Source of the DNA: an uncultured Clostridia bacterium
Lineage (GTDB): Bacteria; Bacillota; Clostridia; TANB77; CAG-508
DNA: 64,000 nucleotides
Direction: 5' to 3'
NCBI GenBank assembly: GCA_934184665.1
Contig: CAKPSX010000001.1
Coordinates: 1,688 to 65,687 of the forward strand
In this document: one piece after another, positions 49,043 through 59,076 of the stretch
Layout of the letters: the number at the start of each line of letters is the position of its first letter
Numbering within the stretch: position 1 is the stretch's first letter
Made by a program: the position numbers and the translations under genes
The notes under the pieces: model-generated
Told to the model about the DNA's origin: nothing
What the model saw: only the letters and a program-made list of their open reading frames with translations
The model's database searches: none

Positions 49043-50119
49043 ATGAAAGATCGGTATAGCAAGATTGTGCTGGAGGCTTGCAAGGGTGTAAGCTTCGCAT
49101 TCTCTGAAGGACAGGCAGGCCAGCTCATCATCAAAGCTTTAAAGGCTGATGAAAAGAGCAATGACACCAAGGAGAACATCAGCAAGAAAGTTGATGTTGT
49201 GGTTTCTGACAAAAACAGTGAAGATGTAAGCCCCACAAATGGTGCTAACAATATTGTTAGCAAAAAGGAGGAAGACTATGATATCTCCTCTGGTGCAGAT
49301 GTGACGGTCATCGAGAACTACATGAATCCTCCGATCCCGGAAGGATACAAGTATGTATCTGGAAAATGGGACAATGGATTTGTCATTGAGAAGAAACTCG
49401 ATAAGAGTGAATTCGTCTGGATTCCTGTTGGAGCGCTGAACCCTGATGGAACAATCGATGGTCAGAACTTCTGCGAGAAGTTCGGAAGAAGAAGAATTAC
49501 CCAGATTAGCCATGCTAATCAGAAGTTCACGATTGATGTGAACATGTACAAGGAACCTCTGGAGGGAGAATTCCTGAAGCAGTATGAGAGCGTAAAAAAG
49601 TATGGGGGATTCTATATCTCTCGATACAATATCTCGTCTGACTGGAAGGAATTCCCTCGGTCTGTCAAGGGCAGAATGCCTTTGACAAATATTACAGCCG
49701 AGGATGCAAAAGAAGTGGCAACTCGACTGGAAACTAACGGCTCGACTGTTAAGAGCCATCTTGTGTATGGGGCAGAGTATGACTCTGTTCTGGCTTGGCT
49801 GATTAAGTTCAAGATCAAAAGCAAGGAAGATGTTATGGAAGATTCCACCTATTGGGGAAACTTCTGGAGCAACTTTGATTCTCCGCAGTCTATCACTCAG
49901 ACTGGCAGCTTTGATGACTGGGCTGCAGGCGGTATTTATGACCTTGCGGGCAATGTGTCTGAATGGACGCAGGAGAAGAATGGTGATGGCAAATATATTG
50001 CCAGAGGTGGTAATGTCTACAGTAGCGAGAGGAAGGGAACAGTTTCTTCTCGCCATGAGCTGGGCAATAAGCGGAAAAACCGTGAAACTGGTTTCCGTAT
50101 TGCACTTTGGATTAAGTGA
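49043..50119 (+). CDS. formylglycine-generating-enzyme (FGE/SUMF1, DUF323)-family protein encoded in a compositionally foreign GC-rich island
   Basis: An RBS (AGGAGG) is present. The C-terminal FGE-family motifs are DLAGNVSEWTQE, YIARGGNVYSS and NRETGFRIAL. Codon usage is GC-rich (ctg, ggc, cag). The many overlapping antisense ORFs here are the usual artefact of high GC. Confidence 0.7.
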   Translation: MKDRYSKIVLEACKGVSFAFSEGQAGQLIIKALKADEKSNDTKENISKKVDVVVSDKNSEDVSPTNGANNIVSKKEEDYDISSGADVTVIENYMNPPIPEGYKYVSGKWDNGFVIEKKLDKSEFVWIPVGALNPDGTIDGQNFCEKFGRRRITQISHANQKFTIDVNMYKEPLEGEFLKQYESVKKYGGFYISRYNISSDWKEFPRSVKGRMPLTNITAEDAKEVATRLETNGSTVKSHLVYGAEYDSVLAWLIKFKIKSKEDVMEDSTYWGNFWSNFDSPQSITQTGSFDDWAAGGIYDLAGNVSEWTQEKNGDGKYIARGGNVYSSERKGTVSSRHELGNKRKNRETGFRIALWIK

Positions 50120-50151
50120 TATTAATCTAAAACAATAATCTTGCTAAATTT

Positions 50152-50185
50152 AGAAGGAGGCTTTGAAAATTCAAAGCCTCCTTCT
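50152..50185. other. perfect 15-bp-stem palindrome immediately downstream of the GC-rich gene
   Basis: The hairpin reads agaaggaggctttga, loop aaat, tcaaagcctccttct. There is no U-tract on either side. Confidence 0.6.
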
Positions 50186-50214
50186 AAAATATGTAAATTT
50201 TTCAGCAAATTATA

Positions 50215-50243
50215 TTGACAAATGCAAGTTGATATATTATAAT
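50215..50243 (+). promoter_or_regulatory. perfect consensus sigma-A promoter (TTGACA-17-TATAAT) driving tRNA-fMet
   Basis: Read directly from the sequence. The tRNA starts 16 nt downstream of the -10 element. Confidence 0.7.
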
Positions 50244-50259
50244 AATAATTGTCAGACAT

Positions 50260-50335
50260 CGCGGGGTGGAGCAGTTGGCAGCTCGTTGGGCTCATAACCC
50301 AAAGGTCGGAGGTTCGAGTCCTCCCCCCGCAACCA
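50260..50335 (+). tRNA. initiator tRNA-fMet (anticodon CAU)
   Basis: The 5' end is CGCGGGG with a C1:A72 mismatch. The anticodon stem carries three G-C pairs (ttGGGctcataaCCCaa). The T-arm is GGTTCGAGTCC and the 3' end is CCA. Confidence 0.9.
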
Positions 50336-50344
50336 AGAATATAT

Positions 50345-50380
50345 AAGGAATTGCAACTTAGCATTTCCTTATTTTTTTTT
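50345..50380 (+). terminator. rho-independent terminator after tRNA-fMet
   Basis: A hairpin (aaggaa ttgcaacttagcat ttcctt) is followed by T9. Confidence 0.7.
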
Positions 50381-50410
50381 CAGGTTAATATTTATAAATT
50401 TTTACTTTAA

Positions 50411-52822
50411 ACATTTATAAATAACAATATTACTGAAAAGGAAAAAGAGCTGAATTCAAAGCAAAAAGAATATAAAAATAGTTTAAATGAATATAACAGC
50501 AAGCAAAAAGAATTAGAGAAAGCAGAAGCTCAAATAAATTCTTCACAGGAAGAAATAGGTAGCAAAAAAGCAGAACTTGAAAATGGTAAAACTCAATATG
50601 AAAACGGAATTCAATCATTAAATGCTGGAATTGCAGAATGTGAAAAATTACTTCAAAATCCTAATTTACCAGAAAGTCAAAAACAAGTAATAGAGCAAAA
50701 ATTAGCAGGGTATAAGATTCAGCTAGAACAAACAAAAACAGCTTATGATGATTTTATAAATAACACATATAATTCAAGCATAAATGCACTAAATGAAGCA
50801 CAAAAAACATTAGATACAAAAAAAGCTGAATATAACAGTGGAAAGCAACAATTGGAAGATGCCAATACTCAACTACAATCAGCAAAAAAACAACTGGATA
50901 GCGGTAAAACGTCATTAAATTCTGCAAAAAGTAAATTGAAATCAGCGAAACAGGAATATAATACAAATAAGGCTAAATTAGATGAGGCGAAAACAGAGCT
51001 ACAAAATAAAGAGCAAGAATATAATGATAAATTGCAGGAATTCCAAGAAAAAGAGCCAGAAGCGGTTTCAGAAATAAATGATAATGAAGAAAAATTAGAA
51101 GATAGTAGAAAAGAATTGGATAAGTTATTATTTCCAACATATTCAATTGATAACAGAAGAGAATTGCAAGGAGGAGAAGGATATAGAATATATGAAACAG
51201 TATCAGAAATTGTAGATTCTCTAGCAAAAGTATTCCCAGTATTCTTATATTTTGTTGCTGCTTTGGTTACTTTAACAACAATGGCAAGATTCGTAGGAGA
51301 TGAAAGAATCAATAATGGAACTTTAAAATCACTTGGATATAGTGATCAAGATGTTATAAAGAAATTTACTATATATGGACTTGTGGCAGGAACAACAGGA
51401 ACAATAATAGGTGTTTTATTAGGACACACAATTATTCCAATGATAGTATATAATGCTTATCGTCATGGATTTACACTTCCAAAAATAGAATTACACTTTT
51501 ACTCAGGCATCACTATAGCAGCAATTATTTTATCTTTAATAAGTAGTGTTATTCCAGCAAGAATAATTGCGACTAAAGAATTAAGAGAAACAACAGCAAG
51601 CCTATTGCAACCTAAAGCACCAAAAGCAGGAACTAAGATAATGTTAGAAAGAATAAAACCAATGTGGAATAAAATGAAATTCACACATAAAGTTACTGCA
51701 AGAAATATTTTTAGATACAAAAAAAGAATGTTTATGACAATATTTGGAGTAGCTGGTGCAGCATCAATATTATTTGCGGGATTTAGTGTTCAATATTCTA
51801 TTTCTGGAATAAATGAAAGACAATTTGAACATATAATAAAATATGATGCAATAGTGGCTTTAAATGATAATCTAACAAATGATGAGGAAAACGAACTAGA
51901 AACTTTATTAAATGATGAAGCGGTTGACAGCTATACATCTGTATTTTATGAAGAAGTTTCAAAAACAGCAGGAAGAAATAATGATAAACAATCAATAAAA
52001 CTAATTGTACCAGAAAACACAGAAGAATTTAATAAATATATTTCTATTTTAAATAGAAAAACTGGTGAAAATATGCAACTAGAAGATGATGGAGTTGTAA
52101 TTTCAGAAAGATTATCTACACTTTTAAATGTAAAACAAGGAGATACAATTACTTACACAGATAGCACTGACAAAAAAAGAGAAGTCAAAATATCTGGAAT
52201 ATGTGAAATGTATGCAGGGCACTTTATTTGCATGAATGAAAATGAATATAAAAACATCTATGGAGAAGACCTAAAAACAAATGCAAAACTACTAATGTTC
52301 AAGGATTCAAGCTTAGAAAACACACAAAATCAATCTGCAAAATTTATGGAATTATCAGCAGTAAAAGGTGTTGTTCAAAACACAACATTATATAATCAGA
52401 TAAACACGATTGTAGAATCCTTAAATAAAATAATGATTGTATTAATCATTATTGCAGTATTACTTGCAATTGTTATATTATATAATTTAACTAATATAAA
52501 TGTTGCAGAAAGAATTAGGGAATTATGTACAATTAAAGTTTTGGGATTCTATGATAAAGAAACAACAATGTACATTTACCGAGAAACAATAATTTTATCA
52601 GCAATAGGAATTGTAGTTGGATGGATTATTGGAATAATTCTCCATAACTATATATTAACAGTTGTACCACCAGATGAAGTAATGTTTAATCCTGTTATTT
52701 GGATTGGGGCATATGTTATACCATTTGTTTGCATCTCAGTAGTAACATTTATTTTAAAATACTATGTAAATAGTAAATTGAAAAATGTTGATATGTTAGA
52801 AGCATTGAAATCAGTTGATTAG
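50411..52822 (+). pseudogene. 5'-truncated FtsX/MacB-type ABC permease (coiled-coil ectodomain + FtsX TM bundles), lacking its N-terminal TM1 and start
   Basis: The open frame begins right after the stop at 50408-50410, 30 nt past the tRNA terminator. It encodes about 145 aa of coiled coil with no ATG, GTG or TTG until the TTG at 50852. Downstream are FtsX hallmarks (FVAALVTLTTMARFVGDERINNGTLKSLGYS and a second FtsX repeat with TIKVLGFYDKE). Confidence 0.6.
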
Positions 52823-53151
52823 ACTAGAAGAGTAGAAAATTATATAGGTGAAGAGTATGAATATAGACGAGTATTATTCTACTTTAAAAGATGAAAAAAT
52901 ACGGAATAGTCATGATAAAAACTAGTTGGAAAAAAGCAAACAAGGATGATGAAAAAGATAATTATATAAAAAAATCATGTGTTATATAGAGTAACTCCAT
53001 ATTTTGAAGGCGATAATAAATTAGCAAATGGAGTAAATATAGAAGATAATGGAAAACTACATTTTAATGTGTATGTATATAATGTGCAAAATGGAATTGT
53101 TATTGATTATGCTACTGGAGAAAGCAAATTAGCAGAATAGGAGGCAAAATT

Positions 53152-53577
53152 GTGGATTTAAATATATTCAATAATAGGGAGATTAATAATAATAAAAATA
53201 ATGATTTTATAAGTACATTTATAGAAGAATTACAAAATGCACTTAAAAATATTATAAATGAAAGCATAGGTATGAACCAAAAAGAAAATGTATCAAATGA
53301 ATCTCATTTAAATAATGAAAACGATGTGCTAGAGGGATATAATTTATATGAAACAAAAAAAGTTTTCTTAGATAATAAAAGTTGGAAAGGAAATGATTTA
53401 GCTTGGGTAATAGATGATAAATCTGTTTGTTTATCAGAACATGGAGATGGCAGTCCATACTTTATATCTGAAATAGATTTACCAAAGAATGCAAAAGCCA
53501 GAGAAGTATATGAAAAAATAAATGGTAAGTATATTTACAATCCTAATATAACGGCTAAACTAAAAGAAATAACTTAA
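53152..53577 (+). CDS. hypothetical protein (141 aa, ORFan)
   Basis: An RBS (AGGAGG) is followed by a TTG start. There are no TM segments. It is preceded by decayed ORF fragments. Confidence 0.4.
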   Translation: MDLNIFNNREINNNKNNDFISTFIEELQNALKNIINESIGMNQKENVSNESHLNNENDVLEGYNLYETKKVFLDNKSWKGNDLAWVIDDKSVCLSEHGDGSPYFISEIDLPKNAKAREVYEKINGKYIYNPNITAKLKEIT

Positions 53578-53968
53578 TAATAAGGTGAAAAAATAACAAA
53601 ATTATATTTAGCTTACTCTTAAATTAATTTATTATTTATATTAATAAAATAATTGCATAGAAAAGTTTTGTAAATTAATGGTTTGCGGAGATTACTCATA
53701 AAGCGAAGGTATTTAGATTAAGTATTACCAACAAAACCAGAAGTGTCAAGGAATTGAACGTTCCTTGATTTTTTTGCTTTACTAAAAAAACGGCGAAAAA
53801 ACGGCGGAAGTTTTGAAAATGAAAACTTATTAGAAAAGAAAAGTACAATTATTATTGTTTTAAAGTGCAAAATTTGCACTTTAAGTTCGAGGTGTTAGGC
53901 AGTTTATTTTGAAAGAAAAAAGTGGTATAATGTGGAAAAAAGAAACTTGATAATATATGGAGGAATGT

Positions 53969-55075
53969 ATGATGTATAATTCAAAACTATCAAAAGATCC
54001 TTTTAAATCTACTATTAATGATTTAAAAATGTTCGAACAAACACAATATTGTTTTGAGTATATAAAACAAGAAAGTAATAGTAAATCGGATGAAGAAATA
54101 ATGGTACATGCGGAAATTGCATCAGCTTGTTTTAGACAAGCTAGTGAGTATTATAAAGCAGCAATAAGCGTTAGCTTGTGTACAAGTCCTTTATTATTTT
54201 CTTATGCACTTAATAATATATTAAAGGGAACTTGTTATTTAAAAACATTTGATAATGAAATTATCTCTGGATTTTCTAGTCATGGATTCAGTGTAAAAAA
54301 TGAAGATATTTATGAAAATATTTTAAAATCTAAGATACAAGTTAAATGGCATGGAGCAGCTGTTTCATTATTAAAATTATTTGGAAATTCGATAGAATCA
54401 CAAGAAATTGAATTTAATAAAATTTTAAGGCATATACCAGGAATAAGAGATACATATTTTAAAACTACAGGAGAAGTATCATTATTAGCCATCAAAGATA
54501 AAAATGACACATCTAAATATATAATTAAAGGTAATGCATTAAATGATGAAATAAGTAATATAGCTCAGGAATTTGGAATTGTAGGAACTATTATACCAAG
54601 AGAAGAGTCTTGTTATTGTTATCTTAATATGAAATGTAAAAATAGTATAGATGAAGGAATATATTCAAAAGATAATATTTTCTATAGAAATTATTTAAAT
54701 ATACCAGATAGATTTAAAGAGGGAATAAAAGATATAAATATTATATTCTATTGCTATTTATTAATTATGTCTTATGGGATGCTAGTTAGATATAATGCTC
54801 ATAAATGGGAAAAATTTATCGATAAAAAAATTTCAAAAGAAGCAACATTAATTGAATTGTCAGTGACTAATGCTGTAGTAAATTTTTATTATCAAATACA
54901 TTATATATTGTTCAATTATTATTATAAGGAGGATTCATATAATGATTTGGATGTAAAGAAAGTAATAAGGGAATCAACTAAGGATATTATGAACAATATT
55001 ACAAGGGAAATAAGGCATCATAATTTACAATATAATAGTCATGAATTATTACCATGGGATGAAAATTATAAATGA
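53969..55075 (+). CDS. hypothetical cytoplasmic protein (about 368 aa), candidate defence/Abi-like component
   Basis: An RBS (GGAGG) precedes MMYNSK. There are no TM helices. The protein is Cys/aromatic-rich and I recognise no catalytic motif. It is the first gene of a co-oriented three-gene cluster. Confidence 0.45.
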   Translation: MMYNSKLSKDPFKSTINDLKMFEQTQYCFEYIKQESNSKSDEEIMVHAEIASACFRQASEYYKAAISVSLCTSPLLFSYALNNILKGTCYLKTFDNEIISGFSSHGFSVKNEDIYENILKSKIQVKWHGAAVSLLKLFGNSIESQEIEFNKILRHIPGIRDTYFKTTGEVSLLAIKDKNDTSKYIIKGNALNDEISNIAQEFGIVGTIIPREESCYCYLNMKCKNSIDEGIYSKDNIFYRNYLNIPDRFKEGIKDINIIFYCYLLIMSYGMLVRYNAHKWEKFIDKKISKEATLIELSVTNAVVNFYYQIHYILFNYYYKEDSYNDLDVKKVIRESTKDIMNNITREIRHHNLQYNSHELLPWDENYK

Positions 55076-55099
55076 TTAGCAAAAATGGAGGAATAAAGA

Positions 55100-55786
55100 A
55101 TGCAAAATATAATTAATACAATTGCAACTATTATAGTTTCAATAGGTGGAACAGGGATTATAATTTTAGGAATATCAAAATACATTGGAGGAATACTTGC
55201 AAAAAGTATAGAAGAAAAATATAAAAATAAACTTGATAAAGATTTAGAAGAATATAAAGGAAAAATAAATGAACGATTAAATAAATTAGATAAGATTGAA
55301 GAAAAAGCATTATATATATCTAAATTTAATTATGATAATGAATATAAAATTTATATGGAAATATGGCCAAAATTAAATGATTGTATTTCAAAAACGATGA
55401 GATTGTATCCTATAGGTATTGAAAATGTTCCAATTGATGAGGAAGAACTTAAAAAATATAAAGAAAACAAATATGAGGAGTTTCGTAATAGCTTTAATGA
55501 GTTTGTTCTTTGTGTTGATAAATATGCTCCGTTTTATCAAGAGGAATATTATAATTATTTTAATTTAATAAAAGACGAATGTTTTTCTATAGGTGATATG
55601 TTTTTTATGTATGAATTTGAAGTAAAATATAATGAAAGTTTTAGAGGATGCAGGGATTTGAAAATGACAACAAAAGAGTGGAAGGAAGTTAAAGGAAAAG
55701 AAGATAAAATAATAAAAATAAAAAAGGAACTTTTAGAAAAAATAAGAGAATATTTAAACGGATTAAAATTGGAGGAAAATAAGTAG
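55100..55786 (+). CDS. hypothetical protein with a single N-terminal TM helix (228 aa)
   Basis: The TM helix is MQNIINTIATIIVSIGGTGIIILGISKYIGGILA, followed by a charged coiled-coil-like domain. Confidence 0.45.
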   Translation: MQNIINTIATIIVSIGGTGIIILGISKYIGGILAKSIEEKYKNKLDKDLEEYKGKINERLNKLDKIEEKALYISKFNYDNEYKIYMEIWPKLNDCISKTMRLYPIGIENVPIDEEELKKYKENKYEEFRNSFNEFVLCVDKYAPFYQEEYYNYFNLIKDECFSIGDMFFMYEFEVKYNESFRGCRDLKMTTKEWKEVKGKEDKIIKIKKELLEKIREYLNGLKLEENK

Positions 55787-56304
55787 TGAATAAATATGAG
55801 ATATTAAAAGATATAATAATACCAATTTTAGCTTCTATAATTGGAGGGATATTCACTTATATTGGAGTATATATAACAATAAAACATGAGAAAAATAAAG
55901 AAAAAGAAGAACAAATATTGTTTAATAAGCCATTATTTTGTAGATTAGATTATAGGCAAGAATATGATGCTAAAAAGGCAGTTGATTTTGTTTTAGGAGT
56001 TGGAAATTTCGATGAAAAAGCGGGTCAAATATTTGGAGTTATAAAAAATACAGATAATGCTATATTAATTATTGATGGAGTTACAGTTAATGGAAAAAAA
56101 TATAAATCGATATATGGAGATGTAGTTGATAAGAATCAGATATTTAATTTGTATGTGAATGTTTCAGAAAAACTAAAAGAAGATGATGAGGTTATCTTTA
56201 TAGTAAAAGATATTATGGAGAACGCTTACAAATATAAAGTAAATATAGAATATAAAGATGAAGAAAATTGTGAAATGATAGAATTTAAAGAAATAAAAAA
56301 ATAG
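55786..56304 (+). CDS. hypothetical protein with a single N-terminal TM helix (172 aa), translationally coupled to the upstream gene
   Basis: The GTG start overlaps the upstream stop (TAGTG). The TM helix is IIIPILASIIGGIFTYIGVYITI. Confidence 0.45.
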   Translation: MNKYEILKDIIIPILASIIGGIFTYIGVYITIKHEKNKEKEEQILFNKPLFCRLDYRQEYDAKKAVDFVLGVGNFDEKAGQIFGVIKNTDNAILIIDGVTVNGKKYKSIYGDVVDKNQIFNLYVNVSEKLKEDDEVIFIVKDIMENAYKYKVNIEYKDEENCEMIEFKEIKK

Positions 56305-56333
56305 GCGGGATTAATTATAAAATCTCGTCTATT

Positions 56334-57476
56334 TTAATTAGTTTTAACAGTAAGAAATTCTTCCATAACATTAGCAACATCCTTAAACTCATCTTCAAAG
56401 AAATGAGAATAAATTCTATCAGTAGTTTGCACACTTGAATGACCAACTTTTCTACTAATAATCTGAGTTTGAATACCCTTAGAAATCATAAGAGTAACAT
56501 TAGTATGTCGCAATCCATGAAAAGTAATTCTTTTTAAATTATGTTTCTTAATAACTTGATCCAAAATCTTAGTGGGTGTATCGGGATGCATATCAGCACC
56601 ATACTCAGTAGTAAAAATTCTTTTACTACCTTGCCATTTAGAACCAAGTAAAAGTTTTTGTTTTAATTGTTGGTTTTGATATTTTCTTAATATCTGTACA
56701 GTAGTATCGGAAATATAATTTACTCTTTCACTATGTTCAGTTTTAGTACCTTTTTCAAAAATCTTGCCATAAGCATATTGAGTAGTTTTATTAATCTCAA
56801 CTCTACGAGTCTCAAAATCAATATCTTTCCAAGTAAGTCCAGTTAATTCACCTCGTCTACATCCTAAATCTAATGCTAACATTATAATTGCTTGATATTT
56901 TATAGGCTCTTGAGCTAGTGCAGTAATAAGTTTTTCTACTTCATCAGGAGTATAAAATTGTATATTGGTTTTAGCTCTTTTAGGTTTATCAATCTTACTA
57001 TTAGGATTATTCTTAATATATTCACATTTAACAGCATATACTAACATATTATTTATAATACAATAATAACTTTGAATTGTAGTAGGACTAAGAGGCTTAC
57101 CTCTGGCAGATGTATAACCGTGTCTTAAAAAGTGATAAAAATTTTCAAGTATTTTTACATTTAATTCTTTTACTTTTACATATCCAATTTTCTTCATAAC
57201 TAAACGAAGTCTATATTCATAATTAATGTATGTTTTAGGTGAAAGAATATCTTTTTGATACTTTAAATATTCCATGCTTAAATCTTTTACAGTAAGATTA
57301 TTTTTTTGAAAAGTTGATCCATCTCTAAGCATGGTTTTAAGTTCATATTCTCTAAGTTTAGCTTCACTTTTTTTACCAATAAAAGTTTCGTAATGCCTTA
57401 TTTTTGTTCCACCATTATATCCAAGAACAATTTCTATTTGATATTTTTTATTTCTTTCAATTTCTCGTACACTCAA
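56334..57476 (-). mobile_element. int: tyrosine site-specific integrase (phage integrase family)
   Basis: Catalytic residues are R (ALDLGCRRGELTGL), HxxR (FHGLRHTNVT) and Y (VQTTDRIYSHF). An N-terminal arm/SAM-like domain is present. Confidence 0.85.
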
Positions 57477-58363
57477 TTTTTTACCTCCTTGTTCATAGAA
57501 GTAATAAGCTTTTTATAATCCTCAGGAAGCGTTTCAATATTTTCTTGATTGTAAGTTTCAATTAAATTGTTTTTTATCAATTCTGTGATTTCGAATAAAC
57601 AAAATTTTAAATTTCTTTTTGTTTCATCATAATAACAACTACTAAGTGAACTTATAGTATTTAATAAAACATTTAACTTATTTTTATTCAAAGATTTTTT
57701 TGTACAAGTTTCACAATACTTTTTTAATTGATTTAACTCATTACTTAAATCTAAACAGGTATCGTCATTTAAAGTAGAATGTATTGATTTAGATAAATTA
57801 TTTTTTAAAGTATCAATTTCAGTATTCCATATAGAGTAAAGGGCTTTTAAGTCTTTTTTGTTTTCTAAACAGTAGTATAGATAATCTTCAAGTTTTTCAA
57901 TGTTATAAAAATATTGTATAGATTTTAATACATTATTAAGACAATTATATTCATGTAATAAAGCTGTAAAATCTTTTAAATCAATGTTTTCTAACCATTT
58001 ACTAAATACTATTGGAGCAATCTTATCTTCAACTAAAGATAATCTTAATTCATCAGGAATACGATTGTTGGTATATTGTATATCAAGGATATTTTCAATT
58101 GCATCATCAGATAGTTTTAATTTTTTACCTATATCAACAGATTCATTTGTCTTGTTTTCACAATCTTCATCTAATAAGTATTCATATGTGACATTATAAA
58201 ATTCTTTCAACATTTTTAATTGTATAGTGTTTGGAATTCTTTCTATAGTTGTATTTTCATAGTTTCTTATAGATTGAATACCTATTCCAAGTTCAGAGCA
58301 TACTTGCTCTTGAGTCATTCCTTTTTCTTCTCTTAATAATTTTAATTTTTCAGAAAGTTTCAT
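57473..58363 (-). CDS. XRE-family HTH transcriptional regulator with a C-terminal uncharacterised domain
   Basis: The N-terminus is MKLSEKLKLLREEKGMTQEQVCSELGIGIQSIRNYENT. The gene has a 4-nt overlap with the integrase start. Confidence 0.75.
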   Translation of the reverse strand: MKLSEKLKLLREEKGMTQEQVCSELGIGIQSIRNYENTTIERIPNTIQLKMLKEFYNVTYEYLLDEDCENKTNESVDIGKKLKLSDDAIENILDIQYTNNRIPDELRLSLVEDKIAPIVFSKWLENIDLKDFTALLHEYNCLNNVLKSIQYFYNIEKLEDYLYYCLENKKDLKALYSIWNTEIDTLKNNLSKSIHSTLNDDTCLDLSNELNQLKKYCETCTKKSLNKNKLNVLLNTISSLSSCYYDETKRNLKFCLFEITELIKNNLIETYNQENIETLPEDYKKLITSMNKEVKN

Positions 58364-58549
58364 AATTTTCTCCTTCCATGTTTGAAAAATATATCAAAAT
58401 AAATTTCAAACATCTTTGTATGTATTTATTGAATTAAATACATAATTGTTGTTTAATATCTTTATCAACACGATAATGTTTATTATAATCACATTATACA
58501 TAGTTGTGTTGCAAATGTCAAGATAATAATAAAGATTGGAGGGAAAAAT

Positions 58550-58723
58550 ATGGAAAATGAAGAAGAAAAGCTAAATCAAATAGTTAATGAATTAAGAAGA
58601 GAAAAGGCTAGAATTTGGAGAAATAACAATAAAGAAAAAGTAAAAGAAATTAACAAAAGATATTGGCTAAATAAAGCTAAAAAAGAATTAGCAAGAAGAG
58701 AAAACAAAGAAGAGGTGAAATAA
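58550..58723 (+). CDS. small basic protein (57 aa), not in the ORF track
   Basis: An RBS (attggaggg) precedes MENEEEKLNQIVNELRREKARIWRNNNKEKVKEINKRYWLNKAKKELARRENKEEVK. The stop lies 2 nt before the xis start. Confidence 0.4.
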   Translation: MENEEEKLNQIVNELRREKARIWRNNNKEKVKEINKRYWLNKAKKELARRENKEEVK

Positions 58724-58725
58724 TC

Positions 58726-58920
58726 ATGAATGAAGTATTTAATATTAAAGAATTAGCAAATTATTTACATTGTAGCGAATCAACAGTAAGAAAGTTGGTT
58801 CGCAATAAAGCAATTCCAAGTTTTAGAATTGCAAACAGAATATTTTTTAGAAAGAATTTTATAGATGTATGGATTGATAATCAATGCAGTAGTAATTGTG
58901 AGGTGACTTGCGATGAATAA
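58726..58920 (+). CDS. xis: excisionase-family HTH DNA-binding protein (Xis-like)
   Basis: The sequence IKELANYLHCSESTVRKLVRNKAIPSFRIANRIFFRKNFIDVWIDNQ matches the excisionase/MerR-like HTH pattern. Confidence 0.6.
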   Translation: MNEVFNIKELANYLHCSESTVRKLVRNKAIPSFRIANRIFFRKNFIDVWIDNQCSSNCEVTCDE

Positions 58921-59076
58921 AAATAAAAAAAGAGAAAAAAGAATGTATTACATAAGCGAAACAGAATACATATATTTTCCTCTAATAGTCCGTTCAAAGA
59001 CCTATTTGTATTCTACTATAAATACAAATAAAAATCAATTAGTAAAATGTATTTTATGCAGTAAGTAGGTGATTTT

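Noticed and set aside
49139-50138. Several long ORFs on both strands overlapping the FGE-like gene (305 aa, 102 aa, 78 aa, 70 aa).
   Set aside because: They lie entirely inside the GC-rich segment, where stop codons are rare. They have no RBS and no coherent protein features. Only the plus-strand 358-aa frame has an RBS and recognisable domain motifs.
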